A stretch of 64,000 bases of DNA from Dehalococcoidia bacterium (GTDB lineage: Bacteria; Chloroflexota; Dehalococcoidia; UBA2979), in the NCBI GenBank assembly GCA_965219085.1, contig OZ244720.1:1664001-1728000 (forward strand), given 5' to 3'. Position 1 is the stretch's first letter. The number at the start of each line of letters is the position of its first letter. The translations under genes were made by a program, and so were the position numbers. Shown here one piece after another: positions 51,411 to 61,079 of the stretch. The notes beneath the pieces are model-generated. The model was not told the DNA's origin. It ran no database searches and was given only the letters and a program-made list of their open reading frames with translations.

Positions 51411-52634
51411 ATGGATTGGAGCGACACACCCGACCAGGCCGCATTCCGGCAGGAAGTGAAGGCGCTCGTCGACGAGCATCTCCCGGCCCTCTATCGCCGC
51501 ATGCGCGACGAGGGCATCGAGGAAGGCTACGAGGGCGGCTGGATTGCCGACCGTGTGTCGGACGACACCGAGCGCAAGGGGGCGGCAGAGGACTGGACCG
51601 ACGCGGTCTCCGACCGCGGCTGGTTCGCCCCGCACTGGCCCGAGGAGTACGGCGGCGCGGGCCTCTCGCCGATGGAGCAGTTCATCTACAACCAGGAGCT
51701 GGCGGAGGCCGGCGCGCCGATTGTCGGCGGCTCCGGGGTAAGCCTGCTCGGCCCGACGCTGATCGTGCACGGCACCGAGGAGCAGAAGGAGAAGTACCTC
51801 ACGAACATCCTCTCCGGGGAGACCGTGTGGGCGCAGGGCTACTCCGAGCCCGGCGCGGGGTCCGACCTCGGATCGCTACAGACGCGCGCCATCCGCGACG
51901 GCGACGAGTACGTGATCAACGGCCAGAAGATCTGGACGTCGAACGCGCACTACTCCGACGCGATCTTCGCGCTGGTCCGCACCAACCCGGACGCGCCGAA
52001 GCACCGCGGCATCTCGTTCCTGTTGATCGACGACATCCACACGCCGGGGCTGAACCTCCGGCCGCTGATCAACATGGCGTGGCAGCACGGCTTCAACGAG
52101 ACGTTCTTCGAGGACGTGCGGACGCCCGCGGCCAACGTCCTCGGCGAGGTCGACCGCGGCTGGTACGTCGGCATGACGCTGCTCGACTACGAGCGCTCGA
52201 ACATCAGTGGGGCCGTGACGCTGCGCCGCCATATCGGCCAGCTGATCGACTTCGCCCACGGCAGGGACGCCGACAAGGTGCGGATGCTGCCCTCGGTACG
52301 TGCCGAGATCGCGGACCGCTACCTGGAGGCGGAGGTCGGCTACAACTTCTCGTTCCGCATCATCTCGATGCAGAACGCGGGGGTGATCCCGAACTACGAG
52401 GCGTCGACGGCCAAGATGTTCATCTCGGAGGCCGTGCAGCGCCTGTGCCGGACCGGGATGAAGACGTTCGGCCTCTACGCGAACCTGTGGGACGAGGACG
52501 ACAAGTACGCGCCCGCGAGGACGGCGTTCACGCAGCGCTACATCACTTCGATCCCCGGCACGATCGGCGGCGGTAGTTCCGAGATTCAGCGGAACATCAT
52601 CGCCACCCGCGGGCTCGGCCTGCCGCGCGGCTAA
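51411..52634 (+). CDS. Acyl-CoA dehydrogenase
   Basis: WPEEYGGAG, QGYSEPGAGSDL, INGQKIWTS, IGGGSSEIQRNII. Confidence 0.95.
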   Translation: MDWSDTPDQAAFRQEVKALVDEHLPALYRRMRDEGIEEGYEGGWIADRVSDDTERKGAAEDWTDAVSDRGWFAPHWPEEYGGAGLSPMEQFIYNQELAEAGAPIVGGSGVSLLGPTLIVHGTEEQKEKYLTNILSGETVWAQGYSEPGAGSDLGSLQTRAIRDGDEYVINGQKIWTSNAHYSDAIFALVRTNPDAPKHRGISFLLIDDIHTPGLNLRPLINMAWQHGFNETFFEDVRTPAANVLGEVDRGWYVGMTLLDYERSNISGAVTLRRHIGQLIDFAHGRDADKVRMLPSVRAEIADRYLEAEVGYNFSFRIISMQNAGVIPNYEASTAKMFISEAVQRLCRTGMKTFGLYANLWDEDDKYAPARTAFTQRYITSIPGTIGGGSSEIQRNIIATRGLGLPRG

Positions 52635-52669
52635 GTTCGCGCGCCCAGGGCGCTCGCAGGCGCACACGA

Positions 52670-52695
52670 CGAGGGGGCCCGCTCGGGCCCCCTCG
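52670..52695. terminator. GC-rich hairpin
   Basis: CGAGGGGGCCC-GCTC-GGGCCCCCTCG after the ACAD stop. Confidence 0.65.
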
Positions 52696-52748
52696 CTGCG
52701 TTCTTCGTGACGGCGCCCACACACTGGTCGACGCAGTACAATCTTGTC

Positions 52749-53108
52749 ATGACGACGAACGGGCAGCCGTACAGCGACACCGGCCGCGAGTTCCTCGCAC
52801 GGGCCCGGACATACCTTGCCGAGGACGACCTCCTTCAGTCCTCCGAGAAGGGCTGGGGCGCTGCCGCGCAGATGGTGAAGGCCGCCGCCGAGTCGCGTGG
52901 CTGGCGCCATCGCAGCCACCGCGACTTGCACGTCGCCATCAACCAGCTGGCCGAGGAGACGGGCGATGCCGAGATCGGCGACCTGTTCGATGCGGCGAAC
53001 CAACTCCACACGAACTTCTACGAGGGTTGGCTCCCGCGCGAGACAGTCGAGCGAAACCTGTCCCGCGTGATCACGCTGGTCGAGAAGCTGGACGGCCTCG
53101 CAGCATGA
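52749..53108 (+). CDS. PaREP1/HEPN-like protein, copy 1 (leaderless)
   Basis: QSSEKGWGAAAQMVKA, LHTNFYEG; TACAAT 6 nt before ATG. Confidence 0.82.
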   Translation: MTTNGQPYSDTGREFLARARTYLAEDDLLQSSEKGWGAAAQMVKAAAESRGWRHRSHRDLHVAINQLAEETGDAEIGDLFDAANQLHTNFYEGWLPRETVERNLSRVITLVEKLDGLAA

Positions 53109-53461
53109 CCACCAACGGGCAGCACTACAGCGACACCGGCCGCGAGTTCCTCGCGAGGGCCCGGACGTACCTCGCCGAGGACGACCTGGCCCAGGCCTCG
53201 GAGAAGGGCTGGGGCGCGGCCGCGCAGATGGTCAAGGCCGCCGCGGAGACCCGCGGCTGGCGGCACCAGAGCCACCGCGACCTTTACGTGACGATCGATC
53301 GGCTGGTTGAGGAGACCGGCGACAGCGACATCCGGCTAGCGTTTGCCTCCGCGGGCGCACTCCATACCAACTTCTACGAAGGCTGGCTCTCGCACGAGAC
53401 CGTCGAGGCGCACCTCGTGGAGGTAACCAGGCTCGTCGGGAGGCTCGACGCTCTCGCGTAG
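53105..53461 (+). CDS. PaREP1/HEPN-like protein, copy 2
   Basis: Close paralog of copy 1 with ATGA overlap; QASEKGWGAAAQ, LHTNFYEG. Confidence 0.82.
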   Translation: MTTNGQHYSDTGREFLARARTYLAEDDLAQASEKGWGAAAQMVKAAAETRGWRHQSHRDLYVTIDRLVEETGDSDIRLAFASAGALHTNFYEGWLSHETVEAHLVEVTRLVGRLDALA

Positions 53462-53520
53462 GCGCGGCTCCATGCAGGTACTGACAGGCCGCACCCAGGG
53501 AGGGCCAGGCGCGTTGCTGG

Positions 53521-53826
53521 CCCTCCCTGGCTCGCAGCGACCATGCGCGTGGTGATCTCCAGGAGGCCTCGGGCAAGGGCTGGGACGCTCTCGCCAAGAG
53601 GTTGAGCGGCGTCGCCGAGGCCCGCGGTTGGCCCCATCGCACTCACCGCGACCTGTTCGCCGCCATCAGCCGCATCGCCGAGGAAACGGGCGATCGCGAA
53701 CTACTCCCCCAGATGGCTTCCGCGATCGCGCTCCACACGAATTTATTCGAAGGGTGGCTGCCCCGCAGTTGGGTCGAACGGGACCTCGACCACGTGGCAG
53801 AACTCGTCGAGAGGCTCGACGCGTAG
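53521..53826 (+). pseudogene. PaREP1-like protein, copy 3 (divergent, lacks a proper start)
   Basis: GDLQEASGKGWDA...LHTNLFEGW; in-frame TGA at 53482 and no start codon before the conserved block. Confidence 0.65.
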
Positions 53827-53850
53827 GCAGCCGTTCCAGCGCACCACGCG

Positions 53851-53876
53851 GCGAGGGGGCCTCGTGGCCCCCTCGC
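53851..53876. terminator. GC-rich hairpin between convergent genes
   Basis: GCGAGGGGGCC-TCGT-GGCCCCCTCGC. Confidence 0.65.
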
Positions 53877-53909
53877 TCACTCGTACCGTGGTCGTGTCGA
53901 GGCCGGGCG

Positions 53910-54350
53910 TTACGCCCTGGGTAGTGAGACCACCACCGGGCCGGGGCCGACCGAGACGCCCTTCGGCGTCTCCGTCCACATCTCGATCTCCACCAGGTGG
54001 TCGCCGTCGTCCTCCCACTTGCGGGTGACGCGGCCCTTCGTCGTCGAGGTCTCACCGACGACGTTGAAGATCTTCATGCGGAACGGGCCTACCTTGCGGA
54101 TCCGCCCGTCGAGGCCGATGAACTCGCGCGTGCAGCGCTCCCACCAGCCCTGGATGAAGACGTTGTTGGCGTACATCTCCGGTGCGCCCTGCCCCTGCGC
54201 GACCTCGGTGTTGTGGTGAATCTGCGCGAAGTCGCGGTTCGCCCCCGCCTCGACGACGAGGCGGTGCACGGTGATCGGGATCTCCACCGGGTCGAGCTCG
54301 TCGCCCTCGCTGACCTCGTCCCACGTTCGCTGTCTGGTCCAGTCCGCCAT
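53910..54350 (-). CDS. MaoC-like (hot-dog fold) dehydratase
   Basis: AGANRDFAQIHHN catalytic motif; GGAGG-like RBS. Confidence 0.85.
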   Translation of the reverse strand: MADWTRQRTWDEVSEGDELDPVEIPITVHRLVVEAGANRDFAQIHHNTEVAQGQGAPEMYANNVFIQGWWERCTREFIGLDGRIRKVGPFRMKIFNVVGETSTTKGRVTRKWEDDGDHLVEIEMWTETPKGVSVGPGPVVVSLPRA

Positions 54351-54400
54351 TGGTTCCTCCCGCGGTGTCCCGCTTGCTGGTGTGACTTGCGTCGCGCGGC

Positions 54401-54991
54401 CTACTCGAACGGGACGTACGAGTAGAGCCCGCGGCGCACGGTGGCGATCAGCTCGCCGTCCTGGTTGTGCACGTATGACTCGAAGATCTGGAACGCGCCC
54501 CGGCCGACCGAGGTCTGTTTCGGCACGCACGAGATGAGCCGGTTGCCGGAGTTGGTGAGCCGGTCACCCACGTACGCGTCCGTGTGGTACTCGATCTCGA
54601 TGTCCGTCGCGAAGGCGGCGGTGGTGGCCGGGACCGGCTGAGGGATCACGCCCTCGGCCGCGGGGGACCGCGGCGGCGGCGCGTCGCGGTCGTTGGTGGG
54701 CCACGCGAGCTCGCGGTCCGCCGTCCAGATGCCGTTCGCGAGCCAGGTCTGCGAGATGCCGCTGGTGGGGGCGGGGATACCGTCGTAGCCGTGCGCCCGG
54801 GCCACGTCCTCGTCGAGGAAGATCGGGCAATCCATCTCGAGTGGCTCGACGTACTTGCGGACGGCGCCCCTCTCGATCTCGTCGATCGCCGCGCTCTCCG
54901 CCCCGGGGCTGAAGTCTGTGCCGACGGAGTCGGCGAGTGGCTGCCAGGCCTGTTCCCAGTCGTCGGCCTTCGCCCATTCGGTGTCGCTCAC
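54401..54991 (-). CDS. MaoC-family dehydratase partner subunit (FAS1-like N-terminal domain)
   Basis: IERGAVRKYVE..PIFLDEDVARAHGY..IPAP, EIEY...VGDRL, NQDGELIA. Confidence 0.8.
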   Translation of the reverse strand: MSDTEWAKADDWEQAWQPLADSVGTDFSPGAESAAIDEIERGAVRKYVEPLEMDCPIFLDEDVARAHGYDGIPAPTSGISQTWLANGIWTADRELAWPTNDRDAPPPRSPAAEGVIPQPVPATTAAFATDIEIEYHTDAYVGDRLTNSGNRLISCVPKQTSVGRGAFQIFESYVHNQDGELIATVRRGLYSYVPFE

Positions 54992-55247
54992 GCAAAACCC
55001 CCTGCCGCTGCATAGCCGGGTCGTTTCGCAATCAGTAGCGATCGCGGTCGAGGCTGTCAAGGCCGCGGCGAGGTTGTGCCACGGGGAGGAAGCCGCAACG
55101 CCGGTCCCGTGCTATCCTCCGGTCGCTCGAATTCACGCCAGAGGCGTCCTCAGAACACGTCCCACGCGGAGTCAGAGCGATCGAAGAGTGCCGGCAATCT
55201 GGCCGGCGTAGCAGTCCCGGACGTGACGGGACCAGGAAGTTGTGGAC

Positions 55248-55676
<429 letters not shown>

Positions 55677-55912
55677 ACGCCCTGCGGGCTCCCGCCCGCG
55701 AGGACGACGACCCAGACAGCCGATCACGGCGTTGCGCGCCCCAGGCGCGCAACGCTTCGTGCTACCTGCCAGGACCCACGACGCCGGCGGGCCGCCGCAT
55801 TGGGAGGATCGCTCACACCCGTCACGCGATCCGTTGTGATGCTCGGCGTGGAACGAGGTACGGCTCGCGCTGGTTTGCGCTAGAGAGCTGGTTGGACTAG
55901 CTGTCTCGCGCA

Positions 55913-56550
55913 ATGCGTTCGCTCGTGCGCACGCTGCTGTCCAGCCTCGGTTCGCTGGTTCTGGCGATGGTGTCGCGAGGCGTGGGTACGCGCTGAACGC
56001 CGTCGCCGAAGTTCCGCCCGTAGCGCTGATCTCCCGCGAGCTTCCCACCACAGACAATGATGAAGGCGACGAGGACGACGAGCCGCCTCCTACCGACGAC
56101 GACGGATTCGACACCCCGCCAACCGACAGCGACGGGTACGACACGCCGCCGATGGACTACGACGGCGTCGATACGCTGGACACCGACGCCACCCCGTACA
56201 CCGACTCCGACGGGTACAGCACGCCTCCGACCGATGGCGAGGGGATCGACACGGCGAGGCCGACTGACAACGACGGAATAGACACGCCGCTCACAGACCG
56301 CGACGGGGTCGATACCCCGTACACGGACGGCGATGGCGTCGACACGCCGGGCACCGACAACGACGGGTTCGACACGCCGTACACGGACCACGACGGCGTC
56401 GAGACTCCACTGCACGCAACCGTTTCGATTGGAGCGAGCGTGATCTCGCCGTGCGTGCAGGTGTTTGCCGGTTGCGGGTGTGCACGAACGCGATCCGTCA
56501 CCCTCGGGCGGATTGGCGAGACGAACTGGAGGCCAGCCTCTCGCTGGTGA
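55913..56550 (+). pseudogene. Probable secreted Asp/Thr-rich repeat protein with a frameshift near 55980
   Basis: Signal-like MRSLVRTLLSSLGSLVLAMV is in one frame and the TDxDGxDTPx repeats in another. Confidence 0.55.
56092..56412 (+). repeat. About 10 degenerate 30-bp coding repeats (TDxDGxDTPx)
   Basis: TDDDGFDTPP, TDSDGYDTPP, TDNDGIDTPL, TDRDGVDTPY, TDGDGVDTPG and others. Confidence 0.85.
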
Positions 56551-56648
56551 ACGAAACCTCGAGTTGAGACGTTCTCGCGCTGTCCTGACGCGGCGCCCTC
56601 GCGACGTTGACATGGCGACCCGGTGGGCTGGAATCTGGAAGCCGGAAC

Positions 56649-56724
56649 GCGCCGGTAGCTCAGGGGACAGAGCATCAGACTTCGGATCTGACGGTCGAGG
56701 GTTCGAATCCTTCCCGGCGCGCCA
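56649..56724 (+). tRNA. tRNA-Arg(TCG)
   Basis: GCGCCGG/CCGGCGC stem, TCAGA-CTTCGGA-TCTGA, TTCGAAT T-loop, CCA; TTGACA at 56607. Confidence 0.94.
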
Positions 56725-56934
56725 CCGCCCCCCACATCCCTCGAAACCGCTGACGTGACATAGCGGGGTGCCCCGCGGGGGCGACCCCGGCGAGTCCGCC
56801 CCGTGCGCGGGTGTTGGCAACTGGCCCGGAACGGAGTAGAAACACACATGCAGGCGGGGCGGTCGCGTCGCGTCCGCTTACGCGAGTAGCGATCGCCGGC
56901 GCCAGAATGGCGCTGGACGGAGGATGGAGGAGAC

Positions 56935-57366
56935 GTGCCGAAACAATCCCCAGTACCGGACGAGTTGACCAAGCCTTTCTTCGACGCGTGTAACGAAGAC
57001 CGGCTCGTAGTTCAGAAGTGCGTGGACTGCACTGCCCGCGCGGGCCTGCTCGTGCTGCAGCAGCCCCCCGAGGCCGTGTGCAACCGCTGCGGCGGCGACA
57101 ACATCGAGTGGCACGAGGTCAGCGGCCGCGGCCGCATCCAGTCGTACGTGACCATGTACGACACCCCGGTGGCCTCGCTACAGGAGGACCAGCCGTTCAA
57201 CATCGCAGTGATCGAGCTGCACGAGGACAAGAACGCGCTGTTCCTGTCGCACCTCCCCGGCACTCCGGTGCGCGAGGTGCCGATGGGCGCCACCGTGCAG
57301 GTTGAGTTCGAGGTGACCCCGGCCAACGGCCAGAAGGTTGCTGAGTGGCGGGTCGTCGAGGACTAA
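56935..57366 (+). CDS. Zn-ribbon plus OB-fold protein (DUF35/ChsH2-C-like)
   Basis: PFFDAC..RLVVQKCVDC...CNRC, SGRGRIQSY. Confidence 0.88.
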   Translation: MPKQSPVPDELTKPFFDACNEDRLVVQKCVDCTARAGLLVLQQPPEAVCNRCGGDNIEWHEVSGRGRIQSYVTMYDTPVASLQEDQPFNIAVIELHEDKNALFLSHLPGTPVREVPMGATVQVEFEVTPANGQKVAEWRVVED

Positions 57367-57426
57367 TCTCCTCGCCGTTCCGTCAGACAACAACACCAGG
57401 GCATATACGCCCAGGAAGGGCAGGCA

Positions 57427-58734
57427 ATGACTGAGAATGCACCTGCGGACTTCTACCGGACCGCAGAGAACCCGGGCCTCTGGGAGCACCGCGGCAAGGT
57501 CGTCGCGGTTGGCATCGGCCACTCCCCGACGGCACGGCGCTGGGACGGCCAGGCCGACACCAGCATCGGCGCGTGGACGCGCGTAGCGATCCGCGACGCC
57601 ATCGAGGACGCGGGCGTTGACCCCGCCGACGTCGACGGTCTCGTTCTGGACCGCTCGACCACGACAGGCGCGTGGTGGCCCGAGGGCGACCCGTTGCCCG
57701 AGGACGTCATCTCGCAGTTCGAGCCCGGCATCGAGCCCTTCGACGGGATCGCCGCGCTCAGCTCCGAGTGGATCCTCAACAACATGCCGGAGCTGTCGAA
57801 CGTCAACTTCACGATGTACGGCCCCGGCTGCATGTCGAACGTCGTCTGTGTCGCCGCCGAGGCCATCGGCCGCGGCCTGGCGCACACCGTGATCTGCGTC
57901 AAGGCGTGGCACAACTTCCCTGGTCGCTACTACCAGGGCGGCGCCAACGCCAAGGAGACCATCGAGGGCCCGGCCGTGTGGCGGAACCCTTGGGGCGTCA
58001 GCGCCGCCACCGGCGACGGCTGGACCTTCCAGGAGTACATGGCCAAGTACGGCGGAACCCACGACATGATGGCTCCGTTCATCGTCGAGGAGAAGAAGAA
58101 CGGCCTCATGTTCCCCGAGGGCTTCTTCGCGCAGCACCGGCCCGACGAAGTGACCGTTGAGGACTACGTCAACGCTCGCTGGATCGTCGAGCCGATGAAC
58201 CTCTTCGACCACGACATGCCCATCCACGTCGCGGTCGCCTACGTCTTCACGACCCCCGAGCGGGCCGCGGGGATGAAGCAGACCCCGGTCTACATCCTGA
58301 ACCACGGCACGACTCGCCCGAAGTTCGGTCTGACGCAGGGGCTCGACAACGCTGAGGCTTCCACCGACTCGAACGGCCGCAAGTTGCTCGCCGGCGCCGG
58401 CATCACCGCCGACGACCTGGACTTCGAGAACATGTACGAAGGTTTCACGACCTTCCACAACTACTTCATCGAGGGTCTGGGGTACGCGGGCATCAAGCGC
58501 GGTGAAGCGCTCGGCCTCTACGCGGACGACATCAGCGTCACCTCCGCGAAGCCGGTGTCGCCGAGTGGCGGCAACCAGGGCAGCGGTCGCACGCGGATCT
58601 GGATGCACACGGACAGCATCGCGCAGCTCCAGGGCCGCGCTGGTGGTCGCCAGGTCGCCGGTGCCGAGATCGGCATCTCCGGTGGCCCGATGCCACAGGG
58701 CGGCGACTTCACCATCTGGGGCACCACCGCCTAA
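57427..58734 (+). CDS. Thiolase-superfamily protein (SCP-x/Ltp2-like)
   Basis: VVAVGIG, DAGVDPADVDG, YEGFT, VSPSGG, QLQGRAGGRQV; adjacent to a DUF35 gene. Confidence 0.82.
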   Translation: MTENAPADFYRTAENPGLWEHRGKVVAVGIGHSPTARRWDGQADTSIGAWTRVAIRDAIEDAGVDPADVDGLVLDRSTTTGAWWPEGDPLPEDVISQFEPGIEPFDGIAALSSEWILNNMPELSNVNFTMYGPGCMSNVVCVAAEAIGRGLAHTVICVKAWHNFPGRYYQGGANAKETIEGPAVWRNPWGVSAATGDGWTFQEYMAKYGGTHDMMAPFIVEEKKNGLMFPEGFFAQHRPDEVTVEDYVNARWIVEPMNLFDHDMPIHVAVAYVFTTPERAAGMKQTPVYILNHGTTRPKFGLTQGLDNAEASTDSNGRKLLAGAGITADDLDFENMYEGFTTFHNYFIEGLGYAGIKRGEALGLYADDISVTSAKPVSPSGGNQGSGRTRIWMHTDSIAQLQGRAGGRQVAGAEIGISGGPMPQGGDFTIWGTTA

Positions 58735-58772
58735 GGGACTCGTGCACCAGAAGCTCTGACCTCAGAGCAAAC

Positions 58773-58798
58773 GAAGCCCCCTCGCGAGAGGGGGCTTC
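58773..58798. terminator. Hairpin between convergent genes
   Basis: GAAGCCCCCTC-GCGA-GAGGGGGCTTC. Confidence 0.7.
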
Positions 58799-58892
58799 TG
58801 CTTGTCTGCGGCGCGCTCCCCTGCGCGCAAGGGGCTTCAGGTTGCCCGGAGCCGGCGAGGTGTCTCGAGGCGTCTCGGAGTGTGCGGCGCCG

Positions 58893-59672
58893 TTAGTCGG
58901 GCCGCACCGCGACGTGCAGCGACACGGCGCCGACACCAAACGTCCGCACCCGCTCGACCTCGAAGCCCGAGGCGGCGAGGCGCGCCGAGAGCTCCTCGAC
59001 CGACATGAAGTGCTCGGCGGAGACCGGCAGGTAGCTATACGCGTCGCTGTGGCCGCCGAAGAGCCGGCCTAGCAGCGGCACGACGCGCGCGAGGTGGAAG
59101 CGCTTGAACGGCGCGAGCAGGCCGCCCTCGATACGCGGGATGTCGAGCACCGCCAGCCGCCCTCCCGGCCGCAGCACGCGGTGCGCCTCGGCCAGCAGGC
59201 CGTCGACGTCCGGCACGTTGCGCATCACGAACGCCGCGCACCACGCGTCGACCGAGCCGTCGGCGAGTGGCAGCCGCAGCCCGTCGCCGTGCACGAACCC
59301 GACGCCCGGCGCGCCAGACGTGCCCCGCCGCGCCGCCTTGCGGCGGGCGATCGGCAGCATCGGCGCGGCGAAGTCGACGCCGAGCACCGCGCCGGCGCCG
59401 GCCCGCGCGCACGCCAGCGAGAGGTCGCCCGTCCCGCACCCCACGTCGACCACCCGGTCGCCGGGGCGCGCGAGGGCGCGCGCCGTCGCCGTCCGCCACG
59501 CGTGGTGGCGACCGCCGGTCATGATCGTGTTCATGAGGTCGTAGCGCCCGGCGATCTCGCCGAAGATGCGCCGCACGTACCCCGCCCGGTCGGCCGAGGG
59601 GTCGTACAGGCCCTCGACGTCCGCGGGCGTCGAGGGCTGCTGAGGCGGGTCGGAGGGCGGTGTGCCGGTCAC
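58893..59672 (-). CDS. ubiE: UbiE/MenG-family methyltransferase
   Basis: FGEIAGRYDLMN..MTGGRHHAWR, DVGCGTGD, AYSYLPVS. Confidence 0.88.
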   Translation of the reverse strand: MTGTPPSDPPQQPSTPADVEGLYDPSADRAGYVRRIFGEIAGRYDLMNTIMTGGRHHAWRTATARALARPGDRVVDVGCGTGDLSLACARAGAGAVLGVDFAAPMLPIARRKAARRGTSGAPGVGFVHGDGLRLPLADGSVDAWCAAFVMRNVPDVDGLLAEAHRVLRPGGRLAVLDIPRIEGGLLAPFKRFHLARVVPLLGRLFGGHSDAYSYLPVSAEHFMSVEELSARLAASGFEVERVRTFGVGAVSLHVAVRPD

Positions 59673-59711
59673 GGGTTCGAGCCTACGGCGCGGCGGCGCT
59701 AGCGGCAGTCA

Positions 59712-59903
59712 TCAGGTCTTGTGCTGCTCGTAGATGATGTCCCGAAGGTCCCGCCATGAGTGCGCCTCCAGCGGGTCGTCATCGCCCGCGCGGCCGACGC
59801 TGAGATCAGGCAGCACGTAGCGGCCGCGAAGGCTTGCCGCGCTGCTCGCCAGACCGCTTCCCGGCGAACAGCGGCCGTCGTCGGGATTGGGATTCGTCCT
59901 CAT
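59712..59903 (-). pseudogene. Possible antitoxin C-terminal remnant
   Basis: LPDLSVG...SWRDLRDIIYE resembles VapB-type antitoxin tails; no DNA-binding N-terminus and no toxin gene. Confidence 0.3.
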
Positions 59904-60000
59904 GGGATCCACGCTACTCGTGCAGGTGTGGCTCGTCGAGTGTGCCATCCTGGCGCCGCGACCCGAGCTGCCCCGGCGCGCAGGCTGGATGGGTGTGCAT

Positions 60001-60024
60001 AGTACGAATGTGCTGACGTATACT
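60001..60024 (+). promoter_or_regulatory. Probable LexA box adjacent to a -10 element
   Basis: AGTAC-GAAT-GTGCT (60001-60014), then TATACT (60019-60024), upstream of a DNA repair operon. Confidence 0.6.
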
Positions 60025-60068
60025 GCGCTGCGCCAGACGGCACTCCCCCCGGAAGCACCATCACGGCG

Positions 60069-61079
60069 ATGACGCTCCTCCTCCCCTGGTCCCCCGAGTA
60101 CGGCAGCGGCATCGAGGCCGACGCCGACACGCCCGATGACGGCGTCACGCCTGACACTCATGTCGAAGGCCCGTGGCAGGTCATGAGGCCGGGCGACGGC
60201 CCGCGTGCACCCGTGCAGATCATCGACGGCGTCCCCCGCGTTGAGGCCCATGCCATCGACGACACAGCCGACGGCGGGATCGCCTTCGGGCTCTTCGGTT
60301 CGTACGCCGTTGGGGTCGTGCGCTGCGAGGGCACGCTTGCCCGCATCCTGGATGGCGAAGGTGAGCTGCGCGTGGAACGCGTCTACCTGCAAGGTGGTGG
60401 CGAGCCCCAGGATCACGAAGTCACCTCAGGCGGCATGCAACTGCTCTTCCGTGCATCGCTGCAGGAGAGGGCGGGTACGGCGAAGAAGCTCGTGAACGCG
60501 CTCCAGACTGCGATGCTTGGTGCGGAGGCGTTGCTTGCCGAGACGCTCGCGGAGGACGAGGGACTGCTCACTGTGGTTGACGGCCCGCTGCGCCTGCGGT
60601 CTGTGCGACGGCGCGTGGTGGGCTACGTGAAGCGTGTGCAGGACTGGTACATCGAGCCTCCGGAGCGAGCGCTGCTCTCGGAGCTCGCCGTGGGCGATCG
60701 CACACCGCTGTTCCGCATCCCCGGAGGCGGCGAGGCGGGCAGCCGCGGGCGTCCGGATCGCTATGCCTGGTATCTCCGCATCGGCGACGCGGGCGAGCAG
60801 TACCACCACCTCGCCGGGATTGTGCGGCTCGAGGCACCAGGCGCGCTGCCTCCTGCCGACGCCGCCCGCCTCGCCGACGAATGCGGCCGGTCGCTACCGC
60901 GGCTCGCCTCCTCGCCGGTGCGCGACCCTCGCGCCCCGCAGAACCTCACACCTGTCGGGGCGCTCGAGGATGTGCTGCGGCGTCGGCTCGGCGAGCGCGA
61001 GTGGGTAAGACGGCTGATCGCGGTCGCGCTGACCGGCCCGGCGCCTGGTGCGACCACGGAGGGTGGTGCAGGGTGGTAG
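60069..61079 (+). CDS. nurA: NurA-family nuclease
   Basis: IIDGV, VVDGPL, VGYVK, RTPLF, WYLR, DPRAPQNLTPV..LE. Confidence 0.85.
   Translation: MTLLLPWSPEYGSGIEADADTPDDGVTPDTHVEGPWQVMRPGDGPRAPVQIIDGVPRVEAHAIDDTADGGIAFGLFGSYAVGVVRCEGTLARILDGEGELRVERVYLQGGGEPQDHEVTSGGMQLLFRASLQERAGTAKKLVNALQTAMLGAEALLAETLAEDEGLLTVVDGPLRLRSVRRRVVGYVKRVQDWYIEPPERALLSELAVGDRTPLFRIPGGGEAGSRGRPDRYAWYLRIGDAGEQYHHLAGIVRLEAPGALPPADAARLADECGRSLPRLASSPVRDPRAPQNLTPVGALEDVLRRRLGEREWVRRLIAVALTGPAPGATTEGGAGW

Noticed and set aside
56092-56412. CRISPR array
   Set aside because: Repeats are contiguous 30-bp coding units varying at codon third positions, with no unique spacers and no cas genes.
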